A stretch of DNA of 64,000 bases from Fibrobacter sp. (GTDB lineage: Bacteria > Fibrobacterota > Fibrobacteria > Fibrobacterales > Fibrobacteraceae), in contig NZ_JAFWOM010000133.1 of the NCBI RefSeq assembly GCF_017545445.1, positions 54,120 to 118,119 of the forward strand. The letters run 5' to 3'. Positions 46,985 to 57,862 of this stretch are shown here, one piece after another (the stretch's first letter is position 1; every line of letters starts with the position of its first letter). Under the pieces are notes generated by a model that worked only from the letters and a program-made list of their open reading frames with translations, did no database searches and had not been told where the DNA came from. Both the position numbers and the translations under genes were made by a program.

Positions 46985-48316
46985 TCAACAGTAACCATAT
47001 TTTTTACGGAAGGCCACGACGCAGATTGCAGTAACCGCAAACGAGGCGATTTCAGCGACAGCGCACGAACTCCAGATGCCGTCAAGCCCGAAGAAAATGG
47101 GGAGCGCAAGCACGGCGATGATTTCGAACACGAATGTCCGCAAGAACGATATGAGAGCCGAAACTAGGCCGTTGTTCAGGGCCGTAAAGAAAGAGGAACC
47201 CGCATAGTTCGCGCCCATCAGCAAGTAGGCGAATGAATAGATGACGATGCCGTGGCGAATCATTTCGAATAAATTTGGATCGTAGCCGCCGAAAATTTTT
47301 GCCAAAGGTAACGCTAGTGCTTCTGACGAGGCTGTGAGCACGACACCCGCAACCGCAACAATCACGCAATCCATACGGAATAGATTCTTGAGTTCGCTTG
47401 TATTGCGGGCTCCGTAATGGTAGCTTATGATGGGAGCACGTCCAAACGAATAGCCTGTAAAGAATGTCGAAAAAATGTAGCTTACATACATGATTGCCCC
47501 GTATGCGGCAACGCCCGTATCTCCGGCAATTCTGATGAGCTGGAAATTGTACAGCATGCTTACAATGGACATGGCGATATTTGTAACCAGCTCGGAGACT
47601 CCGTTCGAGATGGCCTTCGACAGCGCGCGGGCATCGAAAACGGGTTTCACGATTCGGAGGGGAGTCTTGTTTCGCGAGAGGAAAAATACGAACGGGGTGA
47701 AACCTCCGACGGACTGACCGATAACGGTCGCCAAGGCCGCTCCGGAAATGCCCCATTCCAAAACGACAATGAACAACAGGTCCAGTACAATGTTTGTGAT
47801 GCCCGCTAAAACCGTAAGCGCAAAACCCAGCTTAGGCTTTTCTGCCACAATCATGAAACAGTAAAAGAGATGCTGCGAAACGAAGGCGATTCCGCCAAGG
47901 GCAGCAATGCGCCCGTAACGAGTCGCCTGCGAAAGGAACTCGCCGTCGGCACCCAGAAATGCGGCTAATCCTTCCATAAAATAGGATGCCGTGATACTTG
48001 CGGTAATTCCGTAAGCGATTGTCGCATACACGATTGTTGAAAATGCCCTGTTCGCTTTTTCGTTATCGCCTTCGCCGAGAAATTTTGCGACGAGCGCGCT
48101 GCCGCCGGCCCCCATCATCACGCCGGGAGCGGCAATAAGCATAAGGACCGGCATGACGAGGTTTACGGCAGCAAAAGAAGTCTTTCCGACAAAGTTCGAG
48201 ACAAATGCAGCATCGACAATGCTGTAGATGGTGGTAAAAAACATTGTCAAGATAGACGGAAAGACGAAGCGAAGCAGCCTCCCGTAAGTGAAATGGTCCG
48301 AAAGTTGAATCTGCAT
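46985..48316 (-). CDS. MATE family efflux transporter
   Basis: YSIVD..FV, NIVLD, GISGAALAT. Confidence 0.93.
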   Translation of the reverse strand: MQIQLSDHFTYGRLLRFVFPSILTMFFTTIYSIVDAAFVSNFVGKTSFAAVNLVMPVLMLIAAPGVMMGAGGSALVAKFLGEGDNEKANRAFSTIVYATIAYGITASITASYFMEGLAAFLGADGEFLSQATRYGRIAALGGIAFVSQHLFYCFMIVAEKPKLGFALTVLAGITNIVLDLLFIVVLEWGISGAALATVIGQSVGGFTPFVFFLSRNKTPLRIVKPVFDARALSKAISNGVSELVTNIAMSIVSMLYNFQLIRIAGDTGVAAYGAIMYVSYIFSTFFTGYSFGRAPIISYHYGARNTSELKNLFRMDCVIVAVAGVVLTASSEALALPLAKIFGGYDPNLFEMIRHGIVIYSFAYLLMGANYAGSSFFTALNNGLVSALISFLRTFVFEIIAVLALPIFFGLDGIWSSCAVAEIASFAVTAICVVAFRKKYGYC

Positions 48317-50064
48317 TACAGTTTCCAGCTGACGGCTTCGCGGCGGGAATCGATGAACCGGGCATAGATTCCGCCGTTCTTCACGAGTTCTTCGTGCTTG
48401 CCCTGTTCCACGATGCGGCCCTTGTCTAAGACGATAATCTGGTCGGCGTGGCGCACGGTTTTTAAGCGGTGCGCGATCATGATGACCGTCTTTTCGCGGG
48501 TCAGTTCCTGGATGGCGAGCATCAGGTCGCGTTCATTTTCCGGGTCCACGTTCGCGGTCGCTTCGTCCAGAATGATGACCGGAGAATCCTTCATGATGGC
48601 GCGTGCAATCGAGATGCGCTGGCGTTCACCGCCGCTGAGGCTTGCGCCGCCTTCGCCAATGACCGTGTTGTAACCGTCGGGGAGTTTTTCGATAAAGTCG
48701 TGGCAGCAGGCTTTCTTGGCGGCTTCTACGACTTGCTCGTGCGTGGCGCTCGGATTCCCGAACTTGATGTTGTTTTCAATCGTATCGCGGAACAGATACA
48801 CGTTCTGGAACACGAAACTGAAATTCTTCATGAGGCTATCCATGCTGTAATCTTGCACGCGGTGGCCTCCCAAAGTCACGGAACCCGCGTTCACGTCCCA
48901 GAAGCGCGAGAGCAAATGGCAAAGCGTCGTCTTGCCGGAGCCGCTTGGGCCCACGATAGCCGTAGTCGTCTTTTCGGGAATGGAAAGCGTCACGTTGTCA
49001 ATGATTTTGCGCTTATCGTAAGCGAAATCGATACCGTCGGCCTTGATGTCGTGATTGGCGGGGGCAATTTCTTCGCCATCGATGTCCATGGTGGGCTTGT
49101 TCAAGATATCGTTTGCGCGGTTCACGGAGATATCAACGGCACGGAGGAGCGCTGCGTAGCTACCGCCCAGTTCCAAGGCTGCAAAAAGCATGAAAGAGCA
49201 CACGAGCATGATGGCACAGTTGGCAAGTTCCATGGAGCCGTTCAGGTAGAAATGAATCGAGAACATCATGATGGCAACCCCGGTGAGCTTGGCGACGAAT
49301 GTCTGCAAGTTCGAAAGCGGGACGCACTTGAGTTCCATGCCAATGTTCGCGCGGGTGTTCCTGTCGATGATTTCGTTCAGTTCCTTGGAGCGTTTACCGG
49401 TCATGTTGTAGGCCTTGACTTCGGCGATTCCCTGGATGTATTCGAGGACCTTTTCGACCACCTTGCTGTCGGATTCCACTTTTTCGTGAGAAACGGCGCG
49501 GACGTTCATGCGCATGAGCGTGTTGATGAACTGGAAAATCGCAAAGCCGATGGTCGCGACAATCGCAATTCGCCAATCGAAAAAGGCAATCATCACGATG
49601 ATGAGAATTGTGTCGAGAATGCCCTGCGTGACCATCATGACAACGCGTGTTGCCACATCGCCAAGCTGTTCCATGGTGTTGGTGGTGACGGAGGTGATGT
49701 AACCGAGGCTGTTCTTGTTGAAGTAGCCCATGGGCAGGTAACGCAGGTGTTCGGCGATTTCGATGCGCTTGGAGGCGCAAGTACGGTAGCCGCCTTCGGT
49801 TTGCCACATGCTCATGACGCGCTTGGTAACGGTTGCGCCGATAAGGCTTGCCACCATGATCCCAAGCGAAAGCCAGACGGTGTCCATGGTAAACGGCGCT
49901 TCGCCTTGTACGTGGCGAATGACGCCCTGCATCATGACGGCCATGGCTCCGATGCGGAGTGCCATGAAGAAGGAATTGAAGATTCCCACGATGATAGAGC
50001 CGTAGAATTTGCGACGATTTTCCGCATTGCAGAAGTTAAAGAATTTAATGAGAGTATCGAACAT
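48316..50064 (-). CDS. ABC transporter fused permease/ATPase (IrtB/YbtQ-like)
   Basis: GPSGSGKT, LSGGERQR, LDEAT. Confidence 0.92.
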   Translation of the reverse strand: MFDTLIKFFNFCNAENRRKFYGSIIVGIFNSFFMALRIGAMAVMMQGVIRHVQGEAPFTMDTVWLSLGIMVASLIGATVTKRVMSMWQTEGGYRTCASKRIEIAEHLRYLPMGYFNKNSLGYITSVTTNTMEQLGDVATRVVMMVTQGILDTILIIVMIAFFDWRIAIVATIGFAIFQFINTLMRMNVRAVSHEKVESDSKVVEKVLEYIQGIAEVKAYNMTGKRSKELNEIIDRNTRANIGMELKCVPLSNLQTFVAKLTGVAIMMFSIHFYLNGSMELANCAIMLVCSFMLFAALELGGSYAALLRAVDISVNRANDILNKPTMDIDGEEIAPANHDIKADGIDFAYDKRKIIDNVTLSIPEKTTTAIVGPSGSGKTTLCHLLSRFWDVNAGSVTLGGHRVQDYSMDSLMKNFSFVFQNVYLFRDTIENNIKFGNPSATHEQVVEAAKKACCHDFIEKLPDGYNTVIGEGGASLSGGERQRISIARAIMKDSPVIILDEATANVDPENERDLMLAIQELTREKTVIMIAHRLKTVRHADQIIVLDKGRIVEQGKHEELVKNGGIYARFIDSRREAVSWKL

Positions 50065-51831
50065 TTATGCATCCTCCTCGGAATCCTTGGCACTGATGTG
50101 GGCCTGCCACATGGACTTGTAGAGACCGCCCTTTTCGAGCAGTTCCTGGTGCGTGCCGCAGCTGTCGATGTTGCCGTCCTTGATGACGTAGAGCTTGTCG
50201 GCGTCCTTGACGGTCGAAAGGCGGTGTGCGATGACGATGAGCGTTTTGCCTTGCACGAGCTTTGCCACGGATTTCTGGATGATGGCTTCGTTTTCGGGGT
50301 CGGTGTAGGCGGTTGCCTCGTCCAAAATGACGATGGGGGCGTTTTTCATCATGGCGCGGGCGATGGCGATGCGCTGGCGCTCGCCACCGGAGAGGTGGGC
50401 GCCCGAGCCACCGACAATCGTGTCGAAACCGTTTTCAAGACTCATGATAAATTCGTAGCAGCCGCTTTGGCGCGCCACCTCTTCGACTTCGGCATCCGAT
50501 GCCGAAGGCCGCCCGAGCCGAATGTTTTCGCGGACGGACATGTCGAACAAGAAATTGTCCTGTGAAACGTAGGCGATGCGGCGGTTATATTCTTCGAGTG
50601 AAAGGTCTCTGATGTTTACGCCGCCGATTTCGATATCGCCGCTGTCAACGTCCCAAAGCGAGGCGATAAGGCGTGCAATCGTCGATTTGCCCGAACCGCT
50701 CGGTCCCACGAATGCGGTAAAGCTTCCTTCGGGGAGAACCATGTTGATGCCGTGGAGAATTTCCTTCTTTTCTTCGCCTTCGATTCCCTTATGATAGCTA
50801 AAGCGCACATCTTTCAATGTGATGGAATTGTCAGCGGGTTTGCGCTTGTCGATCGCGGGGCGCGCAAGTTCCTTCATTTCGAGCACCGAGCCGACTTCGC
50901 CGAAAATGACGCCCGCCTTGCTGATGTCGTCACTGTAACTCATGATGGTAAGGAGCGGCATCATGATACTCACCGAAACGATGATGACGGTGATAAAATT
51001 GACGGCCGTAATGGAACCGTTGTAATAGAAGTAACCGCCGAACGGCAACACCGTCAATAGCGTGGCAGGAGCGACCGTGATGGCAAGGGCGTGCGGCCAA
51101 ATGCAATTGCGCATCCATTCGACAAAACAGTCGCTCCCTTCTTTTGCTGCTACAACAAACTTGTCGTAAGACGATTTTGACTTGCCGAACGCCTTGATGA
51201 CTTCGATGCCGTTAATGTATTCAACCGCGGTGTCGTTCAGGGCTTTCGTTTTCTGGATAGAATTATCGAACCACTTTTGTGCCCCGCTGAACATGAACGC
51301 CATCGCAATCATGCCGATCGGAAGCGTTGCAAGCGAGGCCAGGCCCATGCGCCAATCGATATGGAAAAGATAGACGAACATGAGCACAGGGAGAATCAGG
51401 TTCGAGGTAAATTCCGGGACTACGTGCGCAAGCGTCGTTTCCATGCTGTCGATGCGTTCTACCAGGATGTTCTTGAGCGCGCCCGAGGGCATGTCGAGAA
51501 CAGAACCCAGCGGCACACGCGATAGCTTGTCGCAAAGGTCCTTGCGGATGTTGCCGAGAACGTTAAACGTCGCTACGTGCGAAAGCGTCGTCGAAATGCT
51601 GTGGAACAGGACATTCCCGAACCAGAACGCCGCAATAATCAGGCATTCCTTAAGATATACATCCCAGTCGCGCACGCCCGAAAGCAGCTCGCGTACGATG
51701 TTTGCGATAATGATGTAAGGAGCGATTCCGCAAGCGACGCGCAAGAGCGCAAAGAAAATGCTTGCGATGTAGTATTTTTTCTTGTTTTTGGCAAACAGAA
51801 AAATCCAAGAGAGCAGAGATTTCTTTTTCAT
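50065..51831 (-). CDS. ABC transporter fused permease/ATPase (IrtA/YbtP-like)
   Basis: LAHVVPE, GPSGSGKS, LSGGERQR. Confidence 0.92.
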   Translation of the reverse strand: MKKKSLLSWIFLFAKNKKKYYIASIFFALLRVACGIAPYIIIANIVRELLSGVRDWDVYLKECLIIAAFWFGNVLFHSISTTLSHVATFNVLGNIRKDLCDKLSRVPLGSVLDMPSGALKNILVERIDSMETTLAHVVPEFTSNLILPVLMFVYLFHIDWRMGLASLATLPIGMIAMAFMFSGAQKWFDNSIQKTKALNDTAVEYINGIEVIKAFGKSKSSYDKFVVAAKEGSDCFVEWMRNCIWPHALAITVAPATLLTVLPFGGYFYYNGSITAVNFITVIIVSVSIMMPLLTIMSYSDDISKAGVIFGEVGSVLEMKELARPAIDKRKPADNSITLKDVRFSYHKGIEGEEKKEILHGINMVLPEGSFTAFVGPSGSGKSTIARLIASLWDVDSGDIEIGGVNIRDLSLEEYNRRIAYVSQDNFLFDMSVRENIRLGRPSASDAEVEEVARQSGCYEFIMSLENGFDTIVGGSGAHLSGGERQRIAIARAMMKNAPIVILDEATAYTDPENEAIIQKSVAKLVQGKTLIVIAHRLSTVKDADKLYVIKDGNIDSCGTHQELLEKGGLYKSMWQAHISAKDSEEDA

Positions 51832-51884
51832 AGCGTTTCCTCCCAAAAGGACTGAACCAAATTTTGGAAAAATACGCTTTTATT

Positions 51885-51924
51885 TCTACTCCAAATGGAT
51901 TTTCATTAAACCATTTGGAGTAGA
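51885..51924. promoter_or_regulatory. 14-bp perfect inverted repeat (operator and/or terminator)
   Basis: TCTACTCCAAATGG-12 nt-CCATTTGGAGTAGA. Confidence 0.6.
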
Positions 51925-52006
51925 TTTTTTTTGCTTATTTCTTAGTTTGTGGCTGAAAAAGCACATTTTGGCATACTGGACATCCGATTCTGAATGGCTT
52001 TACCCG

Positions 52007-53464
52007 TTAGAATTTGTTAAAAAAATCCCATGTGGCCTGCGGAACCCAGGATTGCTGTTGGCCGGGGTCCTTGTGGTCCCAAATGTGACCGCCACTTTGC
52101 GTGCACCAGCGAACAGGGAATCGTTCCTCGACAGTCGTGTAGTCGTAGCACTTGTGCGGCGCGTTGCGCTGGGCTTCTTCGGCACGTTCGTTTTTCGCCT
52201 TGCCGCCTTCGGAGTTGAGCGTTAAGATGATGTCGCGCGCATTCCGGCCCATTTCGGGGGTACACATACCATCATCGAGACCGAGTACGCCCATCCAACC
52301 GATTCCCATTTTCTTGCGCTGCGGGAGCCAGATGTTGCGTTCTGCAGTTTCATAAACCGCTACTGCGCGGAGCACGTCCTGGTGGTTCCACGAAAGGCCA
52401 TTGCTGAACATGGCTCCATAGCTGAATCCTATAGAAAATACACGGCTAGAATCAATGCAGAAGTTGCCTTCGAGGTACGCGAGGAGTTCGTCAAAAAGGA
52501 GGTAATCATCTTGTCCCCAGGGCAGCTGATTGCCATTGCCTTCGGGTGCGACGAAAATTGCAGTTTCGTTCTTGTCAATCCATTTGAGGCCGTGATAGCC
52601 TTCATCCTGCACGGCGCTTGCAGAACCGCCCATGCACTGCATTCCGAAAATGAGTTTGTACGGTTTATTCTTGTCATAACTTTTCGGCATGTCAATGCGC
52701 ACGGTTCGCATGCCTTTACTCCATCTGAAATCAATGTAGGGCTTATTGCCACGGTACTTGTAATCGAGTTTAGTGTCTTTGCCGCAGCCACGAGTCGGCA
52801 CCGGATCGTTCTTTAGGCCCCATCCATATTCATACTGCGGTTGCGGTGGAACCGTTTTCTTGAGTGTAAGCGCAAGATTCGTGTCGAGATTGTCGAGTTT
52901 TACATTGAGAGTGTCGAATCCGTCAGCAACGACGCGTAGGTTATCCGAGTCCCCTGCTTTTAGAAGAGCCTTGGCGCTAGATTGCTCGCCAAATGTTGTA
53001 TTAAAGCTTCCGTCGGCTGTGAACTTGAAATTTTGCTGTGCCGAACCAACGTGGACGCGGGCGACATACACGCCCTTCGCTTTCACGGTCGCTTTCATGT
53101 CAACCATTCCCGAGCCGTACATTTTTTCGTTCAGCAAGCGATTTCCGACCATGTCAAAAATTTGTACCAGTACTGGAGTGTTTGCACCTTGCGAAAAAGA
53201 AAGGATCCCGTTATTTACAGAAAGATATCCGACATCAATCCTGTTTGCTATCGCTTGCATCTCCTCGTCTTGATGGATTGTGAATGCGCCGGATGCATCT
53301 GTTTTGGTTTTGAGCCCTTTTTGAATAAGTGAAATGTCTGCACCCTGAACAGCCTTGCCGCTATTGTCGTTCACTGTTCCTGTCAGGGTAAATGCGTTTG
53401 CTGCCATAACCGAAATCATTAGAATTACGCTAAAAGGTAATCCGCTCCATAGGACTTTTTTCAT
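52007..53464 (-). CDS. Secreted alpha/beta-hydrolase esterase (CE1/feruloyl-esterase-like)
   Basis: Signal peptide, FCIDSSRVFSIGFSYGA nucleophile elbow, GGH. Confidence 0.8.
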   Translation of the reverse strand: MKKVLWSGLPFSVILMISVMAANAFTLTGTVNDNSGKAVQGADISLIQKGLKTKTDASGAFTIHQDEEMQAIANRIDVGYLSVNNGILSFSQGANTPVLVQIFDMVGNRLLNEKMYGSGMVDMKATVKAKGVYVARVHVGSAQQNFKFTADGSFNTTFGEQSSAKALLKAGDSDNLRVVADGFDTLNVKLDNLDTNLALTLKKTVPPQPQYEYGWGLKNDPVPTRGCGKDTKLDYKYRGNKPYIDFRWSKGMRTVRIDMPKSYDKNKPYKLIFGMQCMGGSASAVQDEGYHGLKWIDKNETAIFVAPEGNGNQLPWGQDDYLLFDELLAYLEGNFCIDSSRVFSIGFSYGAMFSNGLSWNHQDVLRAVAVYETAERNIWLPQRKKMGIGWMGVLGLDDGMCTPEMGRNARDIILTLNSEGGKAKNERAEEAQRNAPHKCYDYTTVEERFPVRWCTQSGGHIWDHKDPGQQQSWVPQATWDFFNKF

Positions 53465-53545
53465 ATAAGCTACTCCTTTTTTATTTTTCTTGTCCCTCCA
53501 AAAAAATACTCTTGAAAAGAGGTTTCTTTCACATGTAATTTTTAT

Positions 53546-53569
53546 TTCGTGGACAACATTGTCCACGAA
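53546..53569. promoter_or_regulatory. Palindromic operator
   Basis: TTCGTGGACAA-CA-TTGTCCACGAA. Confidence 0.75.
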
Positions 53570-53595
53570 TCTAAGTACGTGACTGGCTAAAAACA

Positions 53596-53633
53596 AAAAT
53601 AAGATTCGCATCTTTGAATGCAAATCTTATTTT
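53596..53633 (-). terminator. Intrinsic terminator
   Basis: aaaataagattcgcat...atgcaaatcttatttt. Confidence 0.65.
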
Positions 53634-53672
53634 GTCTAACATTTCAGGAGGATAGGCTGAAACTTATTTAAT

Positions 53673-55055
53673 CTATTTCACTACGATAGGGGAGGTAAAG
53701 CGAAATCCTTTGCCATGAATGACTGTGATGTATTTGCCGACCGGCAAATTTTCGAATGTCACTCGACTTGCAACAGAATTCTTTTGTGCGGTAATCTGTC
53801 CTGTTGCAGAGATTAAGATTACCGTAGCGGAATTTGAAGAGATTTTTTCGAAAAAAAGGTTTTTCCCTTGCGTATAGACTACAGGTGACGTAAATTTTAC
53901 TTTGTTGTACGATTTTATGGTTGTCGTGCTGTCATCAACGGTCTTGCAATCTTTGCAAACTGTGTCTTTTTCGGCGTATAACGGAGCAAGTGCTTGTGCC
54001 CATAAGTGGTGCATTGCTTGTCCTCCGCCATTTGCATTTGGGTGGACTCCATCACTTCCAAGTAGTTCCCGATGTTTCGAAAAATAGCTGTAAAAATCTG
54101 GACCTTCAGGGAGCTTGTTGTCTTTTGTTAATTTATCTACCGCTTTTAAAAACGCGGGATTGACTTGCCAGCCCGCTTTGGCGGAATCCGTAGCGATAAT
54201 TCGTGAGATAATGGGTGTGATACCATGCGCTTTTGCAGAATCAATGATTGTCTGCATGTTTTTCACAAAAGTGTTCAAGTTCCAATCGCCGCCGCCCCAT
54301 GCATCGTTTGTTCCCATTTCAATCGCCCAATATTTCACATTTCCTGCGTATTCAAGATATTCAGGTAAATGAGCGACGACTTCGGTGCTATTGATGCAAC
54401 CGATACCTCCACGCAGCATTGCGGGCGTATATTCCGGGAACCTTGCGTGTATCAACTGAGCTGTGGTTGAGTCTGTATCTTGCTGCTTAATTCCCATTTG
54501 GCTAATGCTTGTGCCCATGAAAAACCAAGTGTCAGTGCCGCCTTGGCTCATGTCAAACGCCTCTATTTCGAGAATTTGTCCAACATCCTTGTCGCTCACG
54601 AACTTGAACCATGACTTGCCTGCAAAATCGATTGTCACGCCGCGAGCCATTACAGGATTGTTCTTGATGGTAGCGGCAATCTCCCAATCGCCATCGGTGC
54701 CATTTGTCGAATTCGCTGAAGTCAATACTTTGAAATTGGACAACGCAACGCCGCTGTGACCGCATCCACTGGTAAAATTCGTCGCCCAAGCGCAGTCGCC
54801 GTACGATTCCCAGGTTACGAATAACTTTGAGGGTCCTACACCCACGTTCAAAGCGATTTCTTTCTCGCTGCTGCTTTTCCAATTGGTGAGGTATCCGTCA
54901 GTCAAGTAATCTGTTGTTTTTGTTCCTGTATGTGCAGGAAGCCCGCCCGAAACTAACTTGTTCGGCGTTATGGAGTTAGCAGTCCCAAGGCCGATAATTG
55001 CCCAGATAGCGATTGATGTTGCGACAGTCATGCTTTTCATCGGATTGTTTCCCAT
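53673..55055 (-). CDS. Secreted SGNH/GDSL esterase
   Basis: GTSIS, G, GTND, DGVHP blocks. Confidence 0.88.
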   Translation of the reverse strand: MGNNPMKSMTVATSIAIWAIIGLGTANSITPNKLVSGGLPAHTGTKTTDYLTDGYLTNWKSSSEKEIALNVGVGPSKLFVTWESYGDCAWATNFTSGCGHSGVALSNFKVLTSANSTNGTDGDWEIAATIKNNPVMARGVTIDFAGKSWFKFVSDKDVGQILEIEAFDMSQGGTDTWFFMGTSISQMGIKQQDTDSTTAQLIHARFPEYTPAMLRGGIGCINSTEVVAHLPEYLEYAGNVKYWAIEMGTNDAWGGGDWNLNTFVKNMQTIIDSAKAHGITPIISRIIATDSAKAGWQVNPAFLKAVDKLTKDNKLPEGPDFYSYFSKHRELLGSDGVHPNANGGGQAMHHLWAQALAPLYAEKDTVCKDCKTVDDSTTTIKSYNKVKFTSPVVYTQGKNLFFEKISSNSATVILISATGQITAQKNSVASRVTFENLPVGKYITVIHGKGFRFTSPIVVK

Positions 55056-55149
55056 GTGCTTTTCAAATTAAAAAGGGCGACGCTCCAAAAAAACTCCAAA
55101 CCTTACAAAACTCTCTTTTTTTTGTCGCGCCGCCCTACACCCAACAATT

Positions 55150-56847
55150 TTATTTCTTGAAATACACTGTATTCACAATGAGATTTTGAATCTTTTTACG
55201 CACAACGTAGCGGCCTTGCGGAAGTCCTTGCGTGGTGATGCCTAAGTAATGGCCGTTCAAGTCAAAAATCCCGACGGTGGTCGCAGTACCGGCCATGCGT
55301 GGCAAGGTTACGATACTGATGGTACTCGTGTCAGGCTTGGTAATTGAAGTGTCAGGTTTCGTTGCCGAAGTATCGGGGGTGGTATTCGCTGTGTACTTGT
55401 CCCAGCCAGGCATGTCTTCGAGGGTGATAATGCGTTCGTCATTCATGTTGCTCTTCCATACGCCATCTTTTGTTTGGCCGGGCCAAGTCCCGCTCCAAGT
55501 GCTGTACCACGGCATCCACCAACTCCATACGGCTTCGTCGGTATGCATGTTGTTCACATCGGGAATGGGGCCGTTTTCGCTGAGAGCTATAATTTTCGTG
55601 CTTTTCGAGGCGTTCTTGAATTTGTCAAAGGCACTTGCGTTACTGGAATGGTCGTTTGCGCTGTTGTAGATGTCGATGGAGAGAACATCATAGTATTCGC
55701 TACCTGGATTCCAAGAGGTGACAGTGCTTCCTTCAGGGTTATAGACCCAAATCATGTTTTTTACACCCTTGACTTTGACCATGCGGTCATAGACGAGTCG
55801 ATAAAGGGCTGCAAACTGTTCTCCGGAATTGATACTCCACCAGAACCACTTTCCGCCAGCTTCATGCAAAGGGCGAAAGATTCCCGCTACACCTTCTTTC
55901 TGCAATTCAAGGAAGTAATCGGCGATGTGGTCAATGTCGGCTACGATTCCTTTGTAAGCAGCACTTTCGGTATTCCATTCAGTGGTGCCTGGCTTGAAAC
56001 CTGTAGAGAAATCGAAATCGGTGTATTCGCCTCCGTTTGCTGCACTTTGGATATAGAAGGCGTCTTTCTTGTCCAGAGGATCTTTCCAGTGCCAAGTGAA
56101 TGCTGGGATGCCGCCCGCTTTCCAAAGGCCTTTCGCGATGGAAATTGCCTTGTCCGTGTATTCCTTGTTCCAACTTTCGTTTGCCTTCGGACCGCTTGCA
56201 AACAAGAAATCTAAACCGACAAGAGCCGGGTACTTTCCTGTGCGCGTGTAGGTGTATTTCACGTCGTCGTGCGTCTTGAAGTCGGCTCCCATGGTGTAAC
56301 CGCTCATGTCGCCGGTCATCATACCGCTAATCGTTTTTTTGCCAAAGTTTTCTCGCAAAAAACTGTAGAGTTTGACGGCACTTTCGGTGGCATTTGGGGT
56401 AACTGGCGTTGCGGATATTTTGAAAGGGGAGGATTGATAAGGTTCGACATCGATATAGTCAACGCTAATCCAGCCCCAGTATTTCTCAATAGAGATTGTG
56501 TTTGTCCCGGCTTTAAGTGTAGCGACTGTCGTGACATCCGCCCATGAAGTAGTGGCGTTAAAGTCGATGGTGCCTGCGGTTGCGCCGTTTACTTTCAAGT
56601 AGTTTGCTTTGAAATCTCCGGCCTTGTAATGGATGGTTACTTGGTACTTGCCCGCACTCTCTGCGGTGACACCATTAAAAGAAATATTTCCTTCTTGTAA
56701 GTCGGCATAACCCGTTCCTGAAACTCCGGATGCGTTGACATTTTTTGCTCCTCCGGAAAGAGTTGCTGATTCGGCTTCGTACTTAGTGGCAAACGCCATA
56801 CTCGAAAGAGCTAGGACCAAAACAAAAACGCTTTTTCTATAAATCAT
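55150..56847 (-). CDS. GH26 beta-mannanase with N-terminal CBM35
   Basis: YEAE..WGW CBM; WHW, FRPLHEAGGKWFWW, DIY, ALSENG, WWMPW. Confidence 0.93.
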   Translation of the reverse strand: MIYRKSVFVLVLALSSMAFATKYEAESATLSGGAKNVNASGVSGTGYADLQEGNISFNGVTAESAGKYQVTIHYKAGDFKANYLKVNGATAGTIDFNATTSWADVTTVATLKAGTNTISIEKYWGWISVDYIDVEPYQSSPFKISATPVTPNATESAVKLYSFLRENFGKKTISGMMTGDMSGYTMGADFKTHDDVKYTYTRTGKYPALVGLDFLFASGPKANESWNKEYTDKAISIAKGLWKAGGIPAFTWHWKDPLDKKDAFYIQSAANGGEYTDFDFSTGFKPGTTEWNTESAAYKGIVADIDHIADYFLELQKEGVAGIFRPLHEAGGKWFWWSINSGEQFAALYRLVYDRMVKVKGVKNMIWVYNPEGSTVTSWNPGSEYYDVLSIDIYNSANDHSSNASAFDKFKNASKSTKIIALSENGPIPDVNNMHTDEAVWSWWMPWYSTWSGTWPGQTKDGVWKSNMNDERIITLEDMPGWDKYTANTTPDTSATKPDTSITKPDTSTISIVTLPRMAGTATTVGIFDLNGHYLGITTQGLPQGRYVVRKKIQNLIVNTVYFKK

Positions 56848-56914
56848 AAGGGATCCTCCATTCCACGAAATTATATTCCCCAAGTATATTTATCAATTAT
56901 TTTTTTTAAATGGT

Positions 56915-56935
56915 GTGGACAAAAATGTCCACGAA
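56915..56935. promoter_or_regulatory. Palindromic operator between divergent promoters
   Basis: GTGGACA-AAAA-TGTCCACGAA. Confidence 0.75.
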
Positions 56936-57013
56936 ATGTATATTTTTTTTACGAGACGTCAGGAAATGAAACGATTTTTCAAATAGGGTCATTTTATATC
57001 CGGCGAGAGCTTT

Positions 57014-57862
57014 ATGTTTGCAAAAAACAAAATCAACATCTACGATTATTCGGACTACCGCAAGTTCCTGCAAGAGTTCTATGAACTCGAAAAATCACTG
57101 GATTCCTCGTTCAGTTATCGAGTGTTTGCTGCGGCGGTTGGCATGGACGCAAGCCTGCTTTTGAAAATATTGCAGGGTAAACGCCACATTTCTCCGAAAT
57201 GCATAGATGTTTTCGTTAATTTTTTCCATTTCAAGGATGCCAAGGCGGAATACTTCCGCGAAATGATTGCTTACGGCAAGGCGAAAAACGATGAAGATGT
57301 GCGTAGCCATTTTGAAACGCTTCAAAAAATGCGACCTGCAGCTTGCCGAGAACTCGACGAAGCCCGGTACCGCTATTTTCAGCAATGGTATTATCCGATG
57401 ATCCGCTCGGCGCTCGATGTATTCAATTATCGCGGTACACAAGATGCTGCCGCCCTTGGGGAATGCTGCATTCCAAAGCTTTCCGCTTCGCAAGTAGAAA
57501 ACGCTGTCGATGCTTTGTTGCAGCTCGGACTTGCTCGCGCCAACAAGGATGGTCGTGTGGTTCCGACCGACGCTCATCTCAAGACTATGGAACACTGGCT
57601 GAGCGCTTGTATTAGCGACTATCAGAGCAGTATCGCGGATCTGGCTGGCAAATCCATCCAAAACACACCCAAAGAAAAACGCGACATCAGCACGCTCACG
57701 ATGGCTCTTGATTCGCAACAAATTGATAAAATTCGTGAAATCCTCGCCAAAACGAGAAAAGCCATCGTAAACGTAGTCAATGCGATGCCTCCGCAAATTT
57801 GCGATAGCGTTTATCAGTTAAACTTTCAGTTATTTCCGATGATGAAAAAGGAAGAACAATGA
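57014..57862 (+). CDS. TIGR02147 family protein (N-terminal HTH, DUF4423-like)
   Basis: IYDYSDYRKFL..FSYR..GKR; WYY; RDISTLT; VYQLNFQLFP. Confidence 0.88.
   Translation: MFAKNKINIYDYSDYRKFLQEFYELEKSLDSSFSYRVFAAAVGMDASLLLKILQGKRHISPKCIDVFVNFFHFKDAKAEYFREMIAYGKAKNDEDVRSHFETLQKMRPAACRELDEARYRYFQQWYYPMIRSALDVFNYRGTQDAAALGECCIPKLSASQVENAVDALLQLGLARANKDGRVVPTDAHLKTMEHWLSACISDYQSSIADLAGKSIQNTPKEKRDISTLTMALDSQQIDKIREILAKTRKAIVNVVNAMPPQICDSVYQLNFQLFPMMKKEEQ

Noticed and set aside
48469-50565. 698-aa plus-strand ORF
   Set aside because: Antisense shadow of two clear ABC transporter genes.
53465-53623. Extended N-terminus of the esterase ORF
   Set aside because: RBS and signal peptide support the start at 53464; the extension spans an operator and terminator.
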